A stretch of 64,000 nucleotides of DNA from an uncultured Gemmatimonadales bacterium. Lineage in GTDB: Bacteria; Gemmatimonadota; Gemmatimonadetes; Gemmatimonadales; GWC2-71-9. A program made the translations under genes and the position numbers. Positions 57,044 through 64,000 of this stretch are shown here, piece after piece; positions within the stretch are counted from its first letter, which is position 1; each line of letters starts with the position of its first letter. The stretch is from NCBI GenBank assembly GCA_963795085.1, contig CAWCFX010000002.1:64001-128000 (forward strand), in the 5' to 3' direction. The notes beneath the pieces were generated by a model. It saw nothing but the letters and a program-made list of their open reading frames with translations. It ran no database searches and had not been told where the DNA came from.

Positions 57044-57916
57044 TCAGGTCGGAAACAGAGTCAGGCTGTTGCTCGAGACGATTGCGCGCTGTGCCTCGGG
57101 CGGCAGCGGCAGGGCGAGGAACTGGTCGAGGTTCTGCCGTAGGTCCCTGACTCCCGGGCTGGGCCAGTCGGTGCCCCACACCGTCTTGTGCGCGATCTCG
57201 CCCAGACGGGGAAAATACTCCAGGACTTTCGTCGGCGGGATGCCGGATAGCTCGAGAAAAACGTTTTTGTGCCGGCGGAGAACAAAGAACGCCTCGTCCA
57301 TCCAGAAGGGGCGGCCGCCGTGCGCCAGCAGGATGGGCAAGTCGGGAAAATCGATGGCGACATCGTCAATCTCCAGCGGGTTGCCCCACTTGGAGCGGGC
57401 GCCGGGGAAAATGCTGGTGCCGGTGTGGATCATGACCGGGACGCCGCGCTCCTCGCACCGGCGGTAGATCCGCCCCAGGGCATCGAGTCCCTCGGTGTAG
57501 GCATTGGCGGGGAAGAGCTGGTGGGGCGGGTGGATCTTGAAACAGCGGATGCCGAGGTCGAGCAGCCGGTCCACGTCGCCTGCCGGGTCTTTCGTGAAAC
57601 GGGGGTGCACGCCGCCGAACGGGAGCAGCCGCGCCGGGGCCGCCGACGCGTACCGGGCGGAGAAATCGTTGGTTGAATCGTCGAACCCCATGAGGTCGGG
57701 GCTGGGGTAGTTTATAAGGCCGACCCGCTGGATCCCCGAACGGTCCATGATCTCGAGCAGGAGCCCCGGGTCCTCCATCAGCTGGATGAGCCGCTCCCAG
57801 TGCCCTTCCTTGCCCTTCTTCATGACCTCCAGCACGGCGGGCTTCATCTGCCGCCAGGGCTGGATGTGAATGTGAATGTCGGTGACCGGGTAGGGGAGCG
57901 GCGGTGGCGTCGTCAT
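57044..57916 (-). CDS. Amidohydrolase_2 family protein
   Basis: DIHIH, FKIHPPHQ, PVMIHTG, LAHGG, WGTDWP; preceded by TTGCCC-17-TAGCCT. Confidence 0.88.
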   Translation of the reverse strand: MTTPPPLPYPVTDIHIHIQPWRQMKPAVLEVMKKGKEGHWERLIQLMEDPGLLLEIMDRSGIQRVGLINYPSPDLMGFDDSTNDFSARYASAAPARLLPFGGVHPRFTKDPAGDVDRLLDLGIRCFKIHPPHQLFPANAYTEGLDALGRIYRRCEERGVPVMIHTGTSIFPGARSKWGNPLEIDDVAIDFPDLPILLAHGGRPFWMDEAFFVLRRHKNVFLELSGIPPTKVLEYFPRLGEIAHKTVWGTDWPSPGVRDLRQNLDQFLALPLPPEAQRAIVSSNSLTLFPT

Positions 57917-58024
57917 GGGCAGGAAGGCTAGGGGAAATCGGTGGAGGGGGCAAGGGAAGCTCTGGTTCCCCCGTGATGCCGGGTGTATGTTCCCGCCTTC
58001 GCACCGCCAAAGCCGGAGCCCTCC

Positions 58025-58687
58025 ATGTTCGTCGGCCACTATGCGGTCAGTTTCTACCTCAAGGCCCGGGAGCCGTCGATCCCGCTCTGGATACTGGTCC
58101 TGGCGGTCCAGTGGGTGGATGTCCTCTGGGCATTCCTGGTGCTGGCCGGGGTCGAGGATCTCGCCATGGTGCCCGGCATTACCAGGGCGAGCCCGCTCGA
58201 TCTGCGCTACGTCCCCTATACCCACAGCCTGGCGGCCGTCGTCGGCTGGTCGCTGCTGGCCGCATGGGCCTGGTACCGGGTCCGGCCGGGACGGTCCGGT
58301 CGGGCCCGGGCGGCGCTCGTCGTGGGGGTGGCGGTGCTGTCGCACTGGATCGCGGATGTTCTGGTGCACCGCCCGGATCTCCCGCTCTACGACAACAGCC
58401 ACAAAGTGGGGCTGGGGCTCTGGAATTATCCGCTGGTTTCGTTCCCCCTTGAAATCGGCCTGCTGGCCGCGGGGATGTGGTACTGGTTCCGGACGGACCC
58501 GGCCCGGGTGAAGGGGCGCAATCTCATGCTGCTGGGAATCGTCATGCTGATCAGCCAGGTAATGACCAACTTCGGCCCGGTGCCCGCTGCCCCGGCGTCC
58601 TTCGTCGTCCTGGCGCTGGTCTTCTACGCCGGGTACACGCTGGGGTCCGTGGCCTGTGAGTCGGCACCGGCGGCAGGGTCGGCGTGA
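58025..58687 (+). CDS. Membrane-bound metal-dependent hydrolase-like (YdjM-like) protein
   Basis: MFVGH, DVLW, PYTHSL, SHWIADVLVH, GLGLWN; multiple TM segments; GGAG Shine-Dalgarno. Confidence 0.78.
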   Translation: MFVGHYAVSFYLKAREPSIPLWILVLAVQWVDVLWAFLVLAGVEDLAMVPGITRASPLDLRYVPYTHSLAAVVGWSLLAAWAWYRVRPGRSGRARAALVVGVAVLSHWIADVLVHRPDLPLYDNSHKVGLGLWNYPLVSFPLEIGLLAAGMWYWFRTDPARVKGRNLMLLGIVMLISQVMTNFGPVPAAPASFVVLALVFYAGYTLGSVACESAPAAGSA

Positions 58688-60924
58688 CGACGGACACCCG
58701 GCATCGCCTGCTGGCCGAAGCCCTGGCCGACCGCTACGATGTGGAGCGGCAGGTCGGGCGAGGGGGCATGGCAACCGTGTACCTCGCGCGGGACCTCAAG
58801 CACGGCCGCCAGGTGGCGATCAAGGTGCTTCACCCGGAACTCGCCGCCGCCATGGGCGCCGAGCGGTTCAGCCGGGAGATCCAGATCGCCGCCCGGCTCA
58901 ACCATCCCCACATTCTGGCGCTGTACGATTCCGGCACGGCGGGATCCTGGCTCTACTATGTCATGCCGTTCGTCGATGGCGAGTCCCTGCGGCAACGGCT
59001 GGAGCGGGAAGGGCGGCTGTCGGGAGAGGACGCGCTCGGCATCCTGCGGCATATCGGGAGCGCCCTGGAATACGCTCACCGCCAGGGCGTCGTTCACCGC
59101 GATATGAAGCCCGAGAACATCCTGCTGAGCGGCGGGTTTGCGCTGGTGGCCGATTTCGGCATCGCCAAGGCAGTGGATGATGCCGGGGCCGTCCGGCTGA
59201 CCCAGACCGGGCTGGGCATCGGCTCGCCCATGTACATGAGCCCGGAACAGGCCGTGGGCGAAACGACCCTGGGTCCCCGGTCGGACATTTACAGTGTGGG
59301 GTGCGTTTTCTACGAGATGCTGGTCGGCCGCCCGCCCTTCCAGGGCCGGACCACCGCACACCTGGTGTCTCAGCACGCCATCGAACCGGTGCCCCGGATC
59401 CAGGCCGATCGTCCCGACCTGCCCGCGATATTCGATGGTGTCATCCGGAAGGCGATGGCCAAGGATCCCGACCACCGATTCGCGTCCTTCGCGGAGATGT
59501 TGCAGGCCCTGGACCGGCCGCCCGATGCGCTCGCCTTTCCCGCCCCGGCGATCGCCGGCACCAAGCCGCCGGTTTCGATCGCCGTCCTCCCCTTCCTCGA
59601 TCACAGCCCCACCCGTGACCAGGAGTATCTCTGCGACGGCATCACCGAGGAGGTCATGGACGCGATTTCCCGGGCCGGGGGCCTCAAGGTCGCCTCCCGG
59701 GGGGCCAGCTTCGCCTACCGGGGGCGGGATGTCGACCCCCGCACCGTGGGCCGGGAACTCCAGGTCGGTGCGGTGCTGGAAGGCAGCCTCCAGCGTGCCG
59801 GGGACCGGCTGCGGGTGAATGCCCGACTCAACAGCACGGACGATGGGTTCCTGCTCTGGGGGGACCGGTTCGACCGGGAGATCACCGACGTTTTCGCCCT
59901 GCAGGATGAGATCGCCGGGGCCATTGTGGGGGCGCTCAAGCTGACCCTGTCCTCAGCCGAACGCCTGGTCCGCAAGCGGCAAACCGGCAACCTCGATGCG
60001 TACCAGCTCTACCTCAAGGGCCGCTATTACTGGAACCGCCGTTTCCAGGGCGGTCTGCAGAAAGCCATGGAATGTTTCCGGGGGGCCATCGAGTTCGATC
60101 CGCTCTACTCGATGCCGTACGCCGGCCTGGCCGACGCCTTCAATTCCCTGGCCTCCTACGACTACATGGCGCCGCGGGACGCCTATCCGCGCGCGTTCGA
60201 CGGCGCGCAGCGCGCCCTGGCGCTGGACCCGGGGCTTGCCGAAGCTCATACGTCGCTGGCCTGGTGCACGGCCCAGTGGCACCGGGACTGGGCCGGCGCG
60301 CTGCTGGGGTTCCGCACCGCGGAACGCCTCAACGCGGAATACGGGGTTACCCAGGCCTGGCACGCGCTGGTCCTGACCCAGCTGGGCCAGATGGACGAAG
60401 CGGTGGCCCGAATGCGGCACGGTATCGAGCTGGAACCGCTCGATATGCCGATCAACGCGGGGTTGGGATGGGTGTACTGTTACCAGCGGAAGTACGAGGC
60501 GTCGCGGGCGCAGCTGGAGTCCGCCATCGCGATGGACCCGACCTACCAGGCGGCCCGGGCCTTCCTCGGGATGACACTGGTCTGCATGGGCCGGTACCAG
60601 GAGGCGATCGACTGTCTCCAGCAGGCGCGGACCATTCCGGGGGCGGCCGGCCTGATCGGCCTGGCCCATGCCCGGCTGGGACAGGCGGACGAGGCCCGCG
60701 CGATGCTTGCCGAGATGGCCTCGGGCGCCGTCGTCAACCCGCACAGCATGGCCATCGTCCACATGGGGCTGGAGGAAACCGACCTGGCCTTCGAGTGGCT
60801 GGAACGCGGCATTGGGGACTTTACCATGATGCTCAACTTCGCCGCCGTGAACCCGGTGCTGGACCCCCTGCGCGAGGATCCCCGCTTCGCATCGATTCTG
60901 CAACGCCTCAACCTCATGGCCTGA
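58684..60924 (+). CDS. Ser/Thr kinase-TolB-like-TPR protein
   Basis: GRGGMATVY, HRDMKPEN, DFG; SIAVLPF..DGITEE..VLEGS; AYQLYLKGRYYW and TPRs; LDPLREDPRF terminus. Confidence 0.92.
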   Translation: MTTDTRHRLLAEALADRYDVERQVGRGGMATVYLARDLKHGRQVAIKVLHPELAAAMGAERFSREIQIAARLNHPHILALYDSGTAGSWLYYVMPFVDGESLRQRLEREGRLSGEDALGILRHIGSALEYAHRQGVVHRDMKPENILLSGGFALVADFGIAKAVDDAGAVRLTQTGLGIGSPMYMSPEQAVGETTLGPRSDIYSVGCVFYEMLVGRPPFQGRTTAHLVSQHAIEPVPRIQADRPDLPAIFDGVIRKAMAKDPDHRFASFAEMLQALDRPPDALAFPAPAIAGTKPPVSIAVLPFLDHSPTRDQEYLCDGITEEVMDAISRAGGLKVASRGASFAYRGRDVDPRTVGRELQVGAVLEGSLQRAGDRLRVNARLNSTDDGFLLWGDRFDREITDVFALQDEIAGAIVGALKLTLSSAERLVRKRQTGNLDAYQLYLKGRYYWNRRFQGGLQKAMECFRGAIEFDPLYSMPYAGLADAFNSLASYDYMAPRDAYPRAFDGAQRALALDPGLAEAHTSLAWCTAQWHRDWAGALLGFRTAERLNAEYGVTQAWHALVLTQLGQMDEAVARMRHGIELEPLDMPINAGLGWVYCYQRKYEASRAQLESAIAMDPTYQAARAFLGMTLVCMGRYQEAIDCLQQARTIPGAAGLIGLAHARLGQADEARAMLAEMASGAVVNPHSMAIVHMGLEETDLAFEWLERGIGDFTMMLNFAAVNPVLDPLREDPRFASILQRLNLMA

Positions 60925-60951
60925 CCGCGGACCCAGGATTCGGCCCACCCG

Positions 60952-62355
60952 TCAGGGGTGCCACCTGGCGTCGTGTTCCGCCTGCCGCCGGAAGAGCGCC
61001 GGATCGAAGAACCGCTCGTAGTATTCCACCTCGACATGGCACAGCTGCAGCCAGGTGCCCGGCTGGTAGAACGCGTCCACGTGGGCGGGGAACCTTCCAT
61101 AGGTGTCATAGATGTAGTGACACACCTCGCGGGTGTATTCGATGGCCCCGGTGGAGTAGCGGTCCCCGTCGCTGAGAAACGCCCGGCCGTCCGCGGGCCG
61201 CCGATAGGCGCGGTCGAATATCCCGCTGTTTCCGTAGGCGCCGCCGGGTCCGAACTTCTGCTCCAGCACCTGGTCGATGGCCTCGTCCACCGTGACATAG
61301 GGGGGACAGAGTCCTTCCAGCACGCCGTCGATCCCCACCGGATTGGGCTGGCTGGCCGGGAGCGGTGGCCAGCGCCGCCATTTCTTTTCCGGCGTGTGCA
61401 TCCGGAATCCCAGCCCGGGACCCACCTTTCCTCCCTGCCCGTCGAACAGGTACGCCCCCGGCGTGGTCACGTGGATCCACGCTCCCAATCCCATGCCTTC
61501 GGCCAGGAGCATCAGGTTCTGGGTCAGGAAGAAGGACTCGTGATCGGAGAGGAACGTGCGGACCAGTCCCAGGGGAATGGGAATGTCCGGATTGACGAAC
61601 CCGCTCCGCACCCGCCTGACTCCGCCGATCGGCTGGTAGGGAATCGCGGGGGCGAGATGGACCCTTGCGGCAAGCCACCCGATCCAGTCCATGGCATTCC
61701 TGGGGTGGAACTGCTGCCACTCATCGATGAACAGCGGGCGCTGGCCTTCCGGCTCCGCGCAGATATTGAGCAGGGCGTTGATGTACATCCGCGTCGTGTC
61801 GACCAGCGGGAGGAACATCGTGGTGCCAGGCACATTGGAGAGCTGCTTGTTCCAGCCGAGGTAGTAGGGAAAGGCGCGCGGGAAATCGAGCCGGGTGGGG
61901 GAGAGGCGGTGCTTGACCAGGGCGGCGGCCGCGAGCCAGTCGGCTTCGGTCCAGTCCCGCCAGCTGGTGGGGAGTCCCTTCATCGCGTCCAGGCCGGCCG
62001 GGGCGGGGAGCCGGCGGATCAGCCAGGTTCCCTCGTCGTTGACCATCACGAAATGGGTGGGCTGGCTGTTGTCGGGACTGCTGCCGGCCCGGGCCAGGAT
62101 ATTGAGGAATGGCGTGCCCAGTTCCCGCCCGTGGGTGGTGCTGTCGAGCGGGCCGTCGTGGGTGGTAATGCCGGTGAGCCCGGTGCTCACGATGAGCACC
62201 GCCTCCTCGAGCGGGCTCAGGGGCTCCGGCCGGTGGGGGCTCTCGTAGGAAAGCTCCCGGGCCAGCACGGAGGTGCCGCGGGCGACCCGGCGGCTCCTCC
62301 GCTGGGCGATGGCCGATACCAGTGGAAACGCCAGCAGATCGGCCAGGCCGGCCAT
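60952..62355 (-). CDS. Hypothetical protein with divergent nitroreductase/SagB-like motifs
   Basis: AIAQRRSRR..PLSPLEEAVL near the N-terminus and TQNLMLLAEGMGLGAW. Confidence 0.7.
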   Translation of the reverse strand: MAGLADLLAFPLVSAIAQRRSRRVARGTSVLARELSYESPHRPEPLSPLEEAVLIVSTGLTGITTHDGPLDSTTHGRELGTPFLNILARAGSSPDNSQPTHFVMVNDEGTWLIRRLPAPAGLDAMKGLPTSWRDWTEADWLAAAALVKHRLSPTRLDFPRAFPYYLGWNKQLSNVPGTTMFLPLVDTTRMYINALLNICAEPEGQRPLFIDEWQQFHPRNAMDWIGWLAARVHLAPAIPYQPIGGVRRVRSGFVNPDIPIPLGLVRTFLSDHESFFLTQNLMLLAEGMGLGAWIHVTTPGAYLFDGQGGKVGPGLGFRMHTPEKKWRRWPPLPASQPNPVGIDGVLEGLCPPYVTVDEAIDQVLEQKFGPGGAYGNSGIFDRAYRRPADGRAFLSDGDRYSTGAIEYTREVCHYIYDTYGRFPAHVDAFYQPGTWLQLCHVEVEYYERFFDPALFRRQAEHDARWHP

Positions 62356-64000
62356 CAGAAAGTCGCGGTGGCGCCCGCGAGTACCCTCCGGCCGATCACC
62401 GAGCCGCCGTAGACCTGGTAACGGCGCTGGTCGAAGATATTGGTGCCCACCGCGTGGACCCGGAGCCAGCCGGTCACCTGGTAGCCGGCGCTCAGGTCCA
62501 GGGACTGGCTGGACGGAATCTCGCCAAAGAAGGTGCCCGCGGCCCAGTCATACGCCGACACAAACCGCCCCGCGATCCGGACATCGAACCCATTTCGCCC
62601 CCGGTAGGAGGCCGACAGGTTCACCTTGTGCTCCGGCGTGTTGGGCACCAGCTTGTCGCCCGCCGCCACACTGGCAGAATCGACCTCGAAATCGAACAGC
62701 GTGTAGTTGCCCTGCACCTGGATCTCGTCGGTCACCTGGATGCCGGCGGCCAGTTCAATGCCATATTCCTTCGCCTCGCCCGCGTTGCCGTAGGAGACCA
62801 CGATGGCGGTGCTGTCCCCGGTGATCCGGGTGAGTCCCGCCGCCGCCAGGAACTGGTTCTGCGCGATCAGCTGCTGGGTCACCGCATCTTCGACGGCCGA
62901 CCGGAACTGCTGGGGCACCTCGGGGGGCGCCGTCCAGCGACCGTAGTTGGAGTTGATGCCGGGAAGCAGGTCGGTGACGAAGTCGGTGAGCTTGCTGTAA
63001 TACCCGTCCACCGTGAGATAGACCCGGCGTCCGACCTGGCCCTTCCAGCCGAGTTCAAAACTGGTGACATGCTCGGTGTTCAGGTCCCGGTTGCCCAGGG
63101 CCAGGACCGGGACCGTGGTCGAAACGGTGAACAACGCGCCATCGGGAACCTGAGCCAGGGCGGGTCCCAGCGGGGACGCCCGGAGTCCCTGTTCCAGCGG
63201 ATACAAGTTGGCCGGGGCGGCCGCCGGCACCCGGAGATGCTGTTCCAGCACGCTGGGCGCCTGGAAGGCCCGGTTCACGGTGAAGCGCACTGAGTGGCGT
63301 TCGTTGGGACTGAACACCACCGCGCCCTTGGGGGAGAACTGCCCGGTGTAGAGATCACTGTCGTCGAACCGGGCCGCCCCGATGACCCGGATACGGGGAG
63401 TGAGGTCATACTCCACCTGGGTAAAGGCGGAGTAATAGGCGTCGCTGCGGTCGTCATCGACCAGGGCCATCAGGGTGCCCTTGGTATCAATACTGGTGTT
63501 GCGCGCGGACCCGCCCAGCACGATGCGGCCCCGGCCGCTCATGAATCCCCAGTTGGTCTGGGCCTCGCCATGAATCGAGGAGGACCGGTCCTCGATCGGC
63601 GCACCGGACGCGAGGCCGTAAGACGGCTCCAGCCCGACCCGGCCCCCGTACCAGACCATCAGGTGGTAGCGGTCCGCCGCCCAGGCGGCCCGGGCCCACG
63701 GCCGAACCGACCGTCCCACCTGCACCCGCCCGATGCCGGTGACCAGCACTTCGTTCTCGATCTGGGCGTCGCCGCCCTCGAGCGTCATCACCGCGCCGTT
63801 GGCGTTGTAGTAATCCATCCGCGCGGCGCCGTAGATGTTCTGCAGGTTGTCGCGGTCCCCGGTGACCTCGCCCGGGGTGCCAAAGGGGCCCGTCTTGGTC
63901 TGCCCGTTCAGGGCCCGCAGCTCGAACCCGGGAATCGGGGTGTTGACCGGCGCGTCGGCCGTGTCCACGGCCTCGCTGTATTCCTGTGCCAGGTCGCCGA
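62355..64000 (-). CDS. TonB-dependent receptor, C-terminal barrel (5' end outside window)
   Basis: Frame stays open to the window edge; FSPKGAVVF, VNRAFQAPS, TSFELGWK, TNIFDQR..GRRVLAGATATF with terminal Phe. Confidence 0.9.
   Translation of the reverse strand, partial: GDLAQEYSEAVDTADAPVNTPIPGFELRALNGQTKTGPFGTPGEVTGDRDNLQNIYGAARMDYYNANGAVMTLEGGDAQIENEVLVTGIGRVQVGRSVRPWARAAWAADRYHLMVWYGGRVGLEPSYGLASGAPIEDRSSSIHGEAQTNWGFMSGRGRIVLGGSARNTSIDTKGTLMALVDDDRSDAYYSAFTQVEYDLTPRIRVIGAARFDDSDLYTGQFSPKGAVVFSPNERHSVRFTVNRAFQAPSVLEQHLRVPAAAPANLYPLEQGLRASPLGPALAQVPDGALFTVSTTVPVLALGNRDLNTEHVTSFELGWKGQVGRRVYLTVDGYYSKLTDFVTDLLPGINSNYGRWTAPPEVPQQFRSAVEDAVTQQLIAQNQFLAAAGLTRITGDSTAIVVSYGNAGEAKEYGIELAAGIQVTDEIQVQGNYTLFDFEVDSASVAAGDKLVPNTPEHKVNLSASYRGRNGFDVRIAGRFVSAYDWAAGTFFGEIPSSQSLDLSAGYQVTGWLRVHAVGTNIFDQRRYQVYGGSVIGRRVLAGATATF

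Noticed and set aside
56889..57179. Long N-terminal extensions in track ORFs (e.g. 55518..57179, 57044..58774, 16088..17485, 1128..1898, 12280..13035)
   Set aside because: The extensions overlap neighbouring genes or promoters and lack family similarity. Downstream starts with a Shine-Dalgarno or -10 signal fit better.
58684..60924. Kinase-TolB-like-TPR protein as a novel or defence system
   Set aside because: This is a common, heavily expanded architecture in such genomes, and nothing in its neighbourhood marks it as special.

Overview
High-GC bacterial chromosomal window, about 55 genes, densely coded. Gene content (Ig-leishmanolysin protein, kinase-TolB-TPR protein, TPR-HD-GYP protein, CarboxypepD-type TonB receptors) suggests Gemmatimonadota, but this is inference. 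In order, it contains: housekeeping genes (rlmN, PTS IIA, aspS, phoH, 7TM-HD, ybeY, two CNNM/CorC genes, ABC1 kinase); a TonB receptor divergent from an 11.6-kb B12-mutase operon; a 12-kb signalling island; and rne/rng, rplU, rpmA, peptidases and transporters. The mutase operon has meaB, a split mutase with the Phe/Gln isobutyryl-CoA-mutase signature, a GGQ-less aeRF1-family gene between the two mutase subunits, a carboxyltransferase, a TPP-II-like lipoprotein subtilase, split atuA, a crotonase and a 52-aa membrane ORF absent from the ORF track. The signalling island has two paralogous membrane Ser/Thr kinases bracketing a CheB-CheR-PAS-HisKA_3 kinase and two receiver proteins, followed by a sigma54-preceded TPR-HD-GYP/TPR pair. 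Non-coding signals include short tandem-repeat arrays that start at stop codons, a 96-bp direct repeat around a 13-bp hairpin, a long structured rne leader and many apparently leaderless genes. I saw no tRNA, rRNA, CRISPR array, integrase or transposase. All calls come from reading motifs by eye; no searches were run.
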